A DNA stretch of 63,660 nucleotides, the filler included, from Phoronis australis (lineage: Eukaryota > Animalia > Phoronida), in NCBI GenBank assembly GCA_002633005.1. It is 8 parts of 8 records of this genome, joined end to end, with 100 filler letters (N's around TTAATTAATTAA, not from the genome) between each part and the next. Parts side by side here need not be neighbours in the genome. Positions count along the whole stretch, not along the records: positions 45,941 to 50,703 come from NMRA01002491.1; positions 50,804 to 59,012 come from NMRA01001920.1; positions 59,113 to 61,234 come from NMRA01003846.1; positions 61,335 to 63,660 come from NMRA01003739.1; 4 more parts are not named here. The stretch is one strand, 5' to 3'. The stretch's first letter is position 1. Every line of letters begins with the position of its first letter. Shown piece after piece: positions 50,157 through 61,900 of the stretch. The notes under the pieces are model-generated. The model saw nothing but the letters and a program-made list of their open reading frames with translations, was not told where the DNA came from and searched no databases. A program made the translations under genes and the position numbers.

Positions 50157-50703
50157 CTTTTATTAATCTCGACCGTACGTCCACGAGCCTACTCAAACAA
50201 AACGTCCGACGTAACATCTGTTCTACGCCCCATCCAGTGCTGCGAAGCATTGACTTGTGATGAACTTCTGAGACAATTTCAGCAACTTAACAGAAACTCT
50301 CCAGTAACTAACTGATGTTCAACTTTTTAACTCCTTCAACTGTTTAACTGACTAATACAAACCCGTGCTTGTGTATTTAGAGACTAATGCACTGTTTTAG
50401 AACTTTTCACCAATTCAAGCACATTCTAGAGCTTTCCGGACTCTATCCAATTATTTTACAAGCACATGCTAGGCTCTAGAATGTTCCAGATTACATTAAT
50501 TACTCATATGATAGATTCTTCTTGAACATTCCACACTATTCTGTAGCAAACAAATTACATCATCACTGTGCTGACCTCAGGGCCATGCCAATCAATCGAC
50601 ACAAACAGAACAATAGAACTAAATAATAAAACTACGAACAGTGTAAGTCCACTCCTGACAATGTCCAATTCCATGGTTGCAAGCCTACCATCGTTTCATG
50701 CAA
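50157..50703. repeat. Near-identical duplicate of about 49143-49690 (partial LTR plus downstream flank), probably an uncollapsed haplotype
   Basis: Starts right after a single N at 50156 and includes the same LTR/flank junction, with scattered SNPs. Confidence 0.85.
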
Positions 50704-50803
50704 NNNNNNNNNNNNNNNNNNNNNNNNNNNNNNNNNNNNNNNNNNNNTTAATTAATTAANNNNNNNNNNNNNNNNNNNNNNNNNNNNNNNNNNNNNNNNN
50801 NNN
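50704..50803. other. Artificial scaffold linker
   Basis: N44-TTAATTAATTAA-N44. Confidence 0.97.
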
Positions 50804-50934
50804 TTCCATCTAGGAGTGCGGCTGTTGTGTTTTTTGCATAGCCCGAGTACGTCTAACATATTACAGGCTGCATGATTTCTGTGTTAAGCGTGGTGTACCA
50901 TACATTTGCTGGCAAAAAAACGGTGAGAACTTAC

Positions 50935-51009
50935 CGGAATGACTGTAGTGATTTGATTAGAATCACACCACAACTCTAGTAGACCGGTCAGACTGCCCAC
51001 CACCTCAGG
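50935..51009 (-). CDS. ERBIN: LAP-family (ERBIN/LRRC7-like) coding exon 6 (PEVVGSLTGLLELWCDSNQITTVIP)
   Basis: 75 nt, GCAG/GTAAGT, phase 0; leucine-rich repeat. Confidence 0.88.
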
Positions 51010-51934
51010 CTGCAACGAGACACAACACATGAATACTGAGAAGTATGTAAACATTGCTCCAAATCAACTCTCCAACATGGGGAAAAATTTATTGCTGAAA
51101 TTGCCATTTTCGATTTTTAAAGCCTCGCCACATGATCGCATGCCCAAAATGCAGTCACAGAACAGCTGTACAGCGTAAACCAAGCTAACAGTGAAGCAAA
51201 ATTTTCTTAATATATATATTTTCCTTGAGAAATTTGTTCTTTTCCGCCATACTAACCAATATGTACCATACCCTTACTTGCTAATTTTGATATTAAAAAG
51301 TGGCTATGGCAAAATCTAACCAATTTTTGACAAAACTGGTATTTTTGTCATTTTTCAAAGCTTCTAACATAGATGTGAATGCCCAATTTCTCAAAACAAT
51401 GTCTGTTAATAGCTCTGGTATACACTCAAGACCGATCAAACCCTTACCTTGGGCTGCTTACTATTTATGAATATAGTGAAGAAAACACAATCTCATTTCT
51501 CTACCATATCGTGTCCTAAACTGGCCAATAGTCCCGTATTTTGAGAACCAGTTTGATGTCTGTTATTCGGTGAAGAAAACTGGTTCTCAAAATGCAGGAA
51601 CCCTGTGACTATTACCCCAAATTGCTGAGATTTTGCAGCAAACAGCATGTCAGCAAGTTGGAGTATCCTTCCTACAGCTACAGGCAATTGAAATCATAAC
51701 AATGATTCAGGACGGCAATAAATCTGAATCGATCGTGTACCCAGACATGCTATTACTAACAAGTTCTAAAGCGACGTAAATAAATTGGTGAAAGTATCTA
51801 ATACCCATAATCCATCAAGATGTGTGCCAATACCTAAAAAATGCACCACGGAAAGCCTATTGCCAAAACCCATAATGAAGAAAGCAAGAGCATAAGTTCA
51901 TAATCATCAACAGTTCAGTGAGGACAAGACTGAC

Positions 51935-52055
51935 CATTTCTGTGAAGTCGTTGTTTCCAATGTCGAGTCGCTCCAACTCGGTCAGTCGACACATCGACTT
52001 GGGCAGTGTCTTCAGATGGTTCTCACGCACCTCCAGAATCTTAAGCTTGGACAGT
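51935..52055 (-). CDS. ERBIN: LAP-family coding exon 5 ([40 protein letters not shown])
   Basis: 121 nt, phase consistent; matches the L.KL.ILELREN.LK.LPK.M.RLT.LERLDLG motif. Confidence 0.92.
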
Positions 52056-52341
52056 CTGGAATGGTTTTTCATAAATGGAACACTATGTATTGAAATATTA
52101 CTTCCTTTTTGTTACGAACCCCAGTAATTTTTGTTTGAAAGTGAGCCTGACTGTAGAAAACTGAAAAACGAAGAGAAAGTTTTGTAACTGTTGTGATTTC
52201 AACCAACTTTGTCATCAAGAGAAAGTTCAGCCTATTATTCCAAAACCCATATTTTCTACAATATAGCATAACCACACAACTGAGACATTTTGAATTCAAA
52301 CGAAGGTGCTGAGACTGCAATAGAAACAAAATGACACAAAC

Positions 52342-52431
52342 CTGCCAAAATTCCCCGGCAAGTAGTCCAAGAACGTGTCATTCAAATAGAGCTGGGTCAG
52401 ATTCAACAGCAGCGTGAAACCATCTGGCAAC
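52342..52431 (-). CDS. ERBIN: LAP-family coding exon 4 ([30 protein letters not shown])
   Basis: 90 nt, phase 2-2; close to the ERBIN/LRRC7 sequence LPDGF.[24 protein letters not shown]. Confidence 0.92.
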
Positions 52432-54559
52432 CTGTGAAGAACATTCACACAAGACCTCTGTAGCCACTGTGTCACAACACAGGCTAGTTCAAAAAGAACT
52501 CCGCTTGGAATTGCTACGCCACGGAGTCAGGTCCAATGTTTGAAACACCCTGTTTTCCTGCTTTAAATAGGGTAAGGTAACACAAAAGATGGAAACAAAA
52601 AATCTGATGTACGGTAAAAATTTTCCAATTCGGACACTCTCTAAAATTAGGGATATAGAAGTTCAACTAGCAACTAAATTTTCTTGCTGATATAAACAGG
52701 GACGCAGTCGATTTTGGCGTTCATCATATTTCTCAAATTTCGGACACTTTGTTTCGTTCTGAAAACAGACTTGGCAGTTCATAAAATCATCGAAAACAGC
52801 CGCCAATGCAACCATTCATACATTCTAATAATGTGCAACCTCGAGATGAATGGTCATTAATATCAACAATATCAATATCATTTATTGTACATTGTAAGCA
52901 TTGCCTACACATACATGAGTACATACATGTATTGTCACTGACTCTAATTCATTTGGGACAACAAATTTTGGCTATTTCTAAAATTTTGTACAAACTCTGA
53001 CCTCAAGCAAAAAAATTTATTTTTCACTGTCGCAAACTCGAGAGTGTTTACCGCAATGCCATAATCGCTCAATGTTGAATAACTAGCAGATAAAAGAAAC
53101 CAACCCTTACAACAATGGCTATAATGAATCTAGATTCAGAGTTAAATTTCAAACAAAAATAACTGACAAAATTACTGATACTTCTAAGACTGTGGTGAAT
53201 GCCCGAAATAATGAAAATATTGTCTGCTGGTTGATATGGTAAAGAATATGAACATGGTAGAACATTACAGTATAACCCAAAACATTCGGGCAAAATGGCC
53301 TGGAATTCCCTCGTCATGACAGTTGGGTGAAAGCCGAGTTCATTGTAAGAGTAGTCTTCTCTCGTGACTGAGAATGAAGGAGAATTAACAGACCGCTCTC
53401 TAATTAGAATTTTGCCGCAATAATAGCTATTACCAGTCATTTGTTGATGTTAACACCATTAGAGGGGAAATCTGTATTTTGTCAGTCGATAACTTTTGTC
53501 TCACACTGTAATTTGGTGCCAGTAATCTTTTATGAGATATTGAAAAAAATAAGATTTCATTTCTCCGGCATAATGTGTGCTAAATATGTGAGATTTTTAC
53601 AATGCAGCATTTTAAGACGAAGATGTCATAACTGACTTAAGTTCCTGGGAAATCAAACAGAGCCTGATGAGATTAACACTTGTTAATTATAAGAGAATGT
53701 GCTTCTTTCCATGTTACCATAAATCATCCGTAAGTTCAAAGGCAATATTAAAGCTGTCACTAAATGGCAATGATGATAAATCAACGGTTACCTCCAGAGC
53801 TGAATTCAGTTTTACAACAGCTTAATGTCACAATTATACCAGGCATCGGCCATGAAACCGTCCATAATCAAAAAGCCATTTAACTACAATTAAAATTGTT
53901 GCATTCTTTCACAAATAATTTATTCCACAAACATGATGAGGCCATTGGTATTTCATTGGCGATGTTTCGAACTTTTCTGGAGACCCTGACTAAACTTCCA
54001 ACATTTATTGCTAAGTCGTGTACACACTACTAGCTAAACAAGAGCAACTTGCCTCCAGTCAGCCAAGCACCCACGCTACACACCCTACACCTTGCGACAA
54101 ATACAGCGCAAAAAGGATTAGACACTCGTAAGTGTGTAGCTGAGCAAGCGCGCAGTTGACTATTACTTCTGCCTTGTCCGCAGGTTTGCATCCACACTAC
54201 GACGTGTGCTGGGGCAAGTAACCCTAGAACAAGTTACACTACCTTGATAAGGTGGGGTAAGTTGTCGTATGTGTGTCAAGTTGCCCCAGCACAAATAGCG
54301 TCCCCACTACAACAAAACCTAGTGGTGATAACGCATTCCAGGAGTACCTTGTTCTAGGGCAACTTTTATTGTAGCTGGCACTTTATACGATGCACGGACA
54401 CGTGACTTTGGAGATGTTTTGAAAGTGGATCAAAGATGATGATTCGTTTCAATGTATAGCATACAAAAATTCTGTTTAATTTGAATTTTAATCATCCAGA
54501 ATTAACACTACATTATCTATAATGAAAAAGCCACTTAAAAGTAAAAACAGGATGCTTAC

Positions 54560-54638
54560 TTTCCCAAAGGATTAACACTGGCTTCGATACTTCGAATGTA
54601 TTTACAACACTTGATGTCTTCCGGCAAATCAAGGATGC
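54560..54638 (-). CDS. ERBIN: LAP-family coding exon 3 (ILDLPEDIKCCKYIRSIEASVNPLGK)
   Basis: 79 nt, phase 1-2; IKCCK...IEASVNP motif. Confidence 0.92.
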
Positions 54639-55464
54639 CTGCAAAACAAGAACAATGGTGTTTAAACACTGAAAGCCTGTCACATCCACAAGAGCTTATC
54701 TCCTGGATTTTAAAACATACCTCTCACACGCTATATGCATAAGAGGGAGAACTCCAACAGTCATTCCCCTAGTGGGCATGACGTGTAGGTGAAAGTGACA
54801 CGATGTTCCCAATCTTGCACACCTAGAAGTCTTGCCCAGTGGAGAAAATGACCACTGAAGCACCTTTCTTGTGAGGTACGCGTATGATAGGCACGTTATC
54901 AAGGAGATGAACGGGTGTGTCCAGAATTGAACATAAATTTCGTCTTCTCCATAGTAACTGGCAATATCTTGATGAGTGCTTTCTCTAAACTCTAGTCAAG
55001 ACTGAGTCAATCATTTAACTTTTTCATTTATACTTGAAAATTTTGAAATCATTGAGAGTTGTGCAAAAAGTTTTGCATAGTAGATCTCGGAGAATGCAAT
55101 AACAAGGTTAGAATCGACTGTTTAAAAAAACAAATTAAGCAAACAACACAGTGAAATATACGTTATACCGGATTCACCACGCGAGATTTTTTCTGACCAG
55201 CAAGAAATAATATAGTTTTGTAATTTTTGGATTTTGCAACTGCAGCTTTACAAGTGCTAAACTGCAACAACAGGGGGTCGCATCNACCACGCCCACTTTT
55301 TAACGAATTTTAAAAAATAACAATAGTAAAACAAGTCAAACACAAAGAGAGAGAGGAAAGTTACGAAATGTTTCTATTTCAGCGATATATTTCGACTGAC
55401 AAAATTCATCCAGTGTTCCATATTGGTGAATGTAGTAGAAAGTGAATCCTTAACACACGATTAC

Positions 55465-55582
55465 CATTTTTACTGATATCCACTTGTTCAAGATTGACGA
55501 GACTAGCGATAGCGGGAGGAATGCTAGTTATCTCATTGTCGCTGATGAACAATTTTTTCAGGCCGTGGCAATAGAACAGCTC
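55465..55582 (-). CDS. ERBIN: LAP-family coding exon 2 (ELFYCHGLKKLFISDNEITSIPPAIASLVNLEQVDISKN)
   Basis: 118 nt, CAG/GTAA, phase 0-1. Confidence 0.92.
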
Positions 55583-55979
55583 CTGTAACAAAAGGCAACG
55601 TTTCTGAAGGTTAATTTATACGAGGTTGCGGAGTTCATGAGTCTATACGATTTTTGACAATATCGTGCAACTTCTTTCCGGATTTAGCAGACGATCTCAG
55701 GGGTCAGCATATCACCTCACAAGCATAAACTAAAGTAAAACAAAAATCACTGAAAAAAAACATTGTGCTTTCTTTGACACACAGTATATTCAATAATTAC
55801 AGTAACTCGTTAACTATCTAGCACACACAATTACAAAATAATTGTCATTTGTCGTTTTTGAAAAGACTGTCTTGCTACAAATAACTGAAATTAGGGCACC
55901 TCACCATACAAAACATTACGTGTGTTCTATCCACAATTAGAAGAACCTCTCATCTGAGCAAGCAACAAGTTGAAACCAG

Positions 55980-56226
55980 GGGTGTGTTCCAAGAAACTGA
56001 CTTGGTTCATATTTGACTTAAATTTAAGACTTGTCACAAATTCCAAACTTTGAAACTTCCACATTCGGTAAGTTCGTCAAAATTAAGACAAAACTTAAGC
56101 CAAAAACTTAAGTCAAACTCAAGATCTCTTTCTTGAAACGGACTTCAGATAAATTTAAGTTTTATCTTAAAATAGACTGAAATTTAAGATTTGTCTTAAC
56201 CAAGTCAATTTTCTTGAAACAGGCCC
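55980..56226. mobile_element. PIF/Harbinger-like MITE in a LAP intron
   Basis: Imperfect TIRs GGGTGTGTTCCAAGAAA..GACTTGGTT and AACCAAGTC..TTTCTTGAAACAGGCCC, flanked by CAG on both sides. Confidence 0.65.
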
Positions 56227-56768
56227 CAGTTTCATAGTGGAAAGTGGCTAAATCAAACGGTTGTTTCTTTGACGGGTGTGGGTGTTTCTTTGACGGCATG
56301 TGCAGCAGCTTTGGTGTTTACCTAAGTCACACTTCTGTAATTTTTATAAATACATGAACATTTCAAGAATGCAAATGGCTTCAAACCAAGGGTGTCCACA
56401 GCATCCAAATGGACACCAAATATAAACAACCAAGCTAGGATGCCCTGTTCAGCATTTGGAACCCCAAGTGAAGTAAACAAATAAGTATGGAGGCCTCTTT
56501 AAATTTCACAGCAGCAGCTCTGCGGGCTCAATGGCCTGACAAGAATGCTGGTTTAGAAATGATACAAAAAAATATTGTAAAGCTATGTCTCCACAGTAAC
56601 ATACCACCCCTATAACAACAATTTGACTTGGTGTCGTAAAAACGCTATCAAGCGTTATTGGACAAGGACAACTGAGAAATTGGGAAACCCATTTTGGACG
56701 GCCTATCTTTGGAATCGTGGATGAACCCCGCTACAAATACAACTCCACTGCCCAACATGACTACTCAC

Positions 56769-56933
56769 CCGCGGCAATATCTTGATCTGGTTGGCATCGA
56801 CGTAAAGTTCCTCCAGGGTGCGCTCCCAGTTAAACACGTCACTAGGTACGTCCTTCAGACTACAGTGACGGTAGTCCAGCACACGAACGTCTTCCACTTC
56901 CTTCTGGACACACGTGCAGATCAACCGCGGCAT
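56769..56933 (-). CDS. ERBIN: LAP-family (ERBIN/LRRC7 co-orthologue, Lap1-like) first coding exon
   Basis: [55 protein letters not shown] with GTGAGT donor; the C.C..LDY.HCSL..VP..F..E.TLEELY.DANQI motif fits ERBIN/densin better than Scribble. An upstream in-frame start is possible. Confidence 0.9.
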
Positions 56934-57635
56934 GATGGACGCCGGCTGAAACCAGACGAGAGCACGCACTTGTTAAATGTCAGTCGGAAGTAAACGATAA
57001 GTCAGGAGCAGACGACAATACGAAGACTTCCAGCCCTAATGACACTGGATTGTGTTGATACTGGATTATGCCCATACTACATTATGATAACCAAGAAATA
57101 CTAAAAATGAAAGCACTTGATGAGATCTGTCCACATTATAAATTGCCAAAAAAAGATTCGTCCAGGGAAGTTGGGGATACCGGCTCGAGAAAATGGAGAA
57201 TTGAAAAATGGCCACTGCAGCACCATCTTGCGTCTGAATTCAACCAAAACCACTAGACCTCGAAATATTAGCGAGGCACACATTGTGCTTAAATTTCATG
57301 AAGATCCGCTAAGAAATGAAGCCTGTATCATGCGAGCAAAACAACAAACAAGCCGGCAAGTTACGTCACTTCACAATAGAGTAACATGCTTGGTGAATTT
57401 CATTCCACCAAGTAATGAGGACCAAGTCAAAACAGAAATCATAACAAATATGAGATTTACAAAAATACAAGCTGCTCAATTACAGCAGCTGAACAATAAT
57501 GGGTCAGCAAACCTAAAATAAGGAATTTCAGGGTTCACAAAAGAAGTGTTGGAAGAAGTTAAAATCAAGCGACGGGAGAATCAGAAATTAAGTCATAAAC
57601 CTACAGTTTCGAGCAAAAACAAGCAATGACACCAG

Positions 57636-58171
57636 GGCCCGGTCTCTAATATTTGTACTCGAAACGAACACAAAACTATTTTTGGCAATTTCTCTGCTCC
57701 TTTTGTGCAAACTTAAGATAATTGGTTATCAGACTGTGCTCGGATACATTATAGTTTATGCATAGGAGTTTCTAGTTCAAGTTTGCCCTTGAAGACCCTT
57801 ATATTTGTGCTACAAACTCGATTGCCGATTGTAATGTGCAAATTTTACACGGTGACAGATACGCGAAGCGATTTGGTGACGTATGTTGTCCTCGCTAACA
57901 TACGTCACCAAATCGCTTCGCGTATCTGTCACCGTGTATATTTGTGCTACAAACTCGAGTAAAAACTCGAAATTTCGAGTTCAAACTCGAACTTATTGCT
58001 TTAATATTGGGTTTACAAACTGTGAACTAAGGGCAATAAATTATCTACGAAAGTTATTGTGTACTCGAGCATAGAATGATACAGTTATTTTGAGTTCGCC
58101 CAAAAGTAGAGTAGAAAATGCCAAACCTAATTTCGAGTTCCATTTCGAGTAAAAAGATTGGAGACCGGGCC
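57636..58171. mobile_element. PIF/Harbinger-like MITE containing a perfect internal hairpin
   Basis: CAG|GGCCCGGTCTC ... GAGACCGGGCC|CTG termini; repeated ACTCGA motifs inside. Confidence 0.7.
57846..57938. repeat. Perfect 42-bp inverted repeat with a 9-nt loop
   Basis: Arms 57846-57887 and 57897-57938 are exact reverse complements. Confidence 0.95.
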
Positions 58172-59012
58172 CTGAAGTTGAACTACCCCAAGCTGACATT
58201 ACTTGATTAGAAGATAAGAGTGATAAGATAGTCAGTGTTCACCATCTTTAGCTTTCTCCAGTAGAGACTGGGGAGTTCCTGTAGGAGCTTCATATGCCGA
58301 CAGCTTCTTGATGAATTATGCCTCACACTGATTAAAAACAGGTTAGTCGACTGCCTCGTGCAAACGATACGATCTCGTCACGTAGTGACTCCACGCTTAC
58401 CGTTTTAATTTTGAAGGTGTCGACATCATATGCACGCATATCTTTAAGTTGATCTCAGTGTCATTTCGATATCAGGATTAGCTTTAAATGAAGCAGTTAT
58501 CTCATCTTTGTCTAACGTTATGTACTGGTGCATGGGGAGCGCGCGTGTACCAAAGTCTGTTGATGACGTAAACTTTAGAACTGGCATGTGTTCAGTTACG
58601 CAAAGACTTACGATAGGACCTAGCAGGAATCTAATCAAAGTCACGTGTTCTTATTTAATATGCACGGCAATGTCTCACGTAATCTCACGAAGTCCTGCTT
58701 TATAGCGAGGTCCTAGCGTTTCTTGGAGGCTGAACGATTCCGTCAACTAAAGTACATGTGTATGTGTTTACAGGGTACGAAACCCTGTTTTAGAATTGAG
58801 GCCAATCACCACATTAATTTTCAATTTAAGCAAACAAAACACTGCTCAGCTGTTACAAGAAATGTTGTTATTAATCAGCGCTTGATTTGATACTTATTTA
58901 GTATACGTTAAAGTCGTTGACACACCGAAGTTATGGCTATCTCAAACCTCATTTAGTGGCCTTCATTCTAACTCATATATCAAAAAATCAGGCTATGTCA
59001 ACTAACAACAAC

Positions 59013-59112
59013 NNNNNNNNNNNNNNNNNNNNNNNNNNNNNNNNNNNNNNNNNNNNTTAATTAATTAANNNNNNNNNNNNNNNNNNNNNNNNNNNNNNNN
59101 NNNNNNNNNNNN
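59013..59112. other. Artificial scaffold linker
   Basis: N44-TTAATTAATTAA-N44. Confidence 0.97.
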
Positions 59113-59428
59113 TGAAAATGTGGAGTAATAATGTCAGAACACACGAAAATTTCAAAATATTTTTGATGTTTTATCCATACACGTTTCGAATGCAGTAATA
59201 GTTATATAATCACAGCCAGTAGCTAGCGTAAGAACGTGTCGGCGTTGTGTGTCTGTTTATTTTGGACTTGGTGGAGGTATGGTTTAGAATTTTGCGGACA
59301 GTTGTAAAAATTGTGTCTCGTTCAAAGGGTTTATGGAACTGACTGAGAAATGGACTGTTTTATTACGCCTCTGGACTCTGAATAGCCGAATCCAGAGTGT
59401 ATCTTATGTTCATAAGCCAACACCGAGC

Positions 59429-59714
59429 TTAAACACTGCCCCAAAAGTCGTCTTCCTTTACTTCGACTCGCAGTTCTTCCGGCATGTCGTAAATGGGGAT
59501 GTGGTCTGGCGGAGAGTGCTGACGTGGTGAGCGCCCGTCTCCTTTTTCTCCACCCGAACCGCTCGTGCTGGGTCTTTCTCCATCGTCAAATGGCGACACT
59601 TGCCCGTTCACTGGACGCAAGGTTATAGTATCGTTACCATGGACCTCGATTACTTGATTTTCACCCGGCGTCTTTTTTGCACAAACGGATTTGCATTTGC
59701 AAGTGCACCCGCAT
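59429..59714 (-). CDS. Putative terminal coding exon of an unknown protein, possibly a cytoplasmic tail (CGCTCKCKSVC...EDDFWGSV*)
   Basis: GC-rich open frame after a CTCTATTTCAG acceptor, ending in TAA; Cys cluster then an S/G/P/acidic disordered tail. Confidence 0.55.
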
Positions 59715-60131
59715 CTGAAATAGAGAACGTGAAGAAATTTATGATGTAGCCTCTTCCCAGATCCATTCAACAAATCTTGTGTAACATAAAATATGACGCT
59801 TCCAACACTAGCTGTTTATTTCTGTCAGTCCCGGTCATGCCACATAACTCTTGCACAATGAAAACCATTCTGTCCTCTGTTGGTGTTCCATGAAGCGACG
59901 TCGCAACAGTAGAATGTCGCCTACGTATCGTTATATGTCGATGACCGTCATTCAACTTACATAAATTTACCGTTTTGCGATATTTAATTTTACCGGTATC
60001 CGTTATCTGTAGGATGACACAAAATACCGAAAGCTAATTCATCAAGCCCTAAACTAGTCCTTCACTGGATTTGGATAATTTTCATTAATGTGTGGAACCT
60101 TGAAACCAACATCACTGGTTCCGAGATCGAC

Positions 60132-60172
60132 AACACACACGCACACGCACACGAACACGCACACGAACACGC

Positions 60173-60207
<35 letters not shown>
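60132..60207. repeat. (CA)n / (CACGCA)n compound microsatellite
   Basis: Direct observation. Confidence 0.95.
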
Positions 60208-60208
<1 letters not shown>

Positions 60209-61234
60209 CTGCGGTTCTAGAGTAAAGTCAGGCAAAAAGTACAGCAACATGACAAATCTCATTTATGACATATAATAAGTTTGTAGGCTTGTATAGAGCG
60301 ATGAAAAACAATTGTCGGCGTTAANTCGGCGTTAAAATTCGTCGTTTAAGCTGGCAACCTCTCGCCAAATTTAGAGTGTGTTTGGTCAGATGGCATAAGG
60401 GTTTTTGCCATTTTCAGATGACTGTCTCTAAAAATTGATATAATAAGATTACTAAAAACAACAGAGCATGACCATCATTTGTTTCTGATCTACGAGGCCT
60501 TGAAAATTTTAGAGGTGAGGTCAGTACATAGATCTACTTCATCTTTCTATCCATCTGAGGTCTTTAAATAACCAAGAGTTATTTAGAACTTTCTACCTCT
60601 TCAAACTAAGGGCAATTAAAGATTTTGTGAGCGTATACTTTGCCTTCTATAAACATGTTAACTTTTCATTGGGTCACGTGATGTGGCCACAGGTGGCGTG
60701 TGGTATAGTTTCATTGTTACTGAACGTGGTTGTACGTATCCAATGAGTTGGCTTGCCAACTGATAGGTAGGCAATACCTGTGGGTCACGTATACATGCAA
60801 GTGTTAGCACTGTAATGAAATGGCCCAACCGAGTGCTTTTTTGATTGATAAAATAAAATATACTACAATATTCATGGAGACTGTTGTTACCTTTGAAAAA
60901 AATATTGGATACTACCAACTGCAATTACCTCCTTTCCATTTTTTGTCCAAAATATGCACATTAAAAGTAACTTGACCAAAAAAGCTGCGACCTGACCGTA
61001 AAAAAACTTGTCTGCGAAACCACGGTGGCCATGTAATTAACACTAGTGATAGAATTGATCATGAATTTAACTTAATCGTTTAAGTGATCAAGGGACACCA
61101 TAATAGAGCTACGTTTATTGACAGGTTAGTCTGAACTTAATGGACTTTCTAGTTTTCAGTATATGTTCACTCAAAAGTTATCGCCAGTTAGTTGGCAAGC
61201 TATCCACCAGGAGGGTCTCATATGAGCGAAAAGT

Positions 61235-61334
61235 NNNNNNNNNNNNNNNNNNNNNNNNNNNNNNNNNNNNNNNNNNNNTTAATTAATTAANNNNNNNNNN
61301 NNNNNNNNNNNNNNNNNNNNNNNNNNNNNNNNNN
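61235..61334. other. Artificial scaffold linker
   Basis: N44-TTAATTAATTAA-N44. Confidence 0.97.
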
Positions 61335-61420
61335 AACAATAGAAGCCTGATAAGAGTGAAGGTGGATAAATGCCCTGTTCCTACAGTTTCTTGTTTTAGT
61401 GGATGTGTTCACCACATGAT

Positions 61421-61900
61421 CAGGGCTTGGAATGACCGATGACAAAGAACGCGGAAACTTTTACGGCCCAAATCATGCGCGCTACCCAGCCTTGAAATGG
61501 TGGATGTGAACCTTTTCCCGATAAAATTCGGGAGGACTAAAATAAAAAAACGTTACCACCATCACTAGCATGCGTCTGCGTCCTTTTAGCTCATCCTTCC
61601 ACTCCCAACCCACACATTTTTGGCTGCAGAGCCGTAGTATTTGTCGCCGCGGTTTACAATAACACGAAACGCCATTGAAAATCCCACCACGCTTACCCAA
61701 ATGCCCCGGCAATGTTAACAATTTACGTTCCTCCGAAACATAAAGAGCAACTTCAGCTTTTCGAGGTGAACGTCGTCTGCAACGCCGCTGTAAGAAAGGA
61801 ATTTGCCGCGGAAATTTTATATCAAATCGATTTTTTTACGCGGAAACATAATAAAATACGCGGATAGAACATTTGAAAAAAGCGGAAATCCGCGTTTCTG
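61421..61900 (+). mobile_element. hAT-like non-autonomous element, left end and subterminal region
   Basis: Starts CAGGGCTTGGAATGACC (matching the end at 38242); repeated CGCGGAAA subterminal motifs; right TIR missing. Confidence 0.5.

Noticed and set aside
51493-51687. ORF MPVAVGRILQL… as the next LRR exon
   Set aside because: No AG acceptor at the required position; the true next exon is 50935-51009.
584-56933. Functional cluster of trafficking/ubiquitin genes (CCDC22, ferlin, MAEA, LAP)
   Set aside because: Each lies on a different scaffold separated by artificial linkers, so the co-location is not biological.
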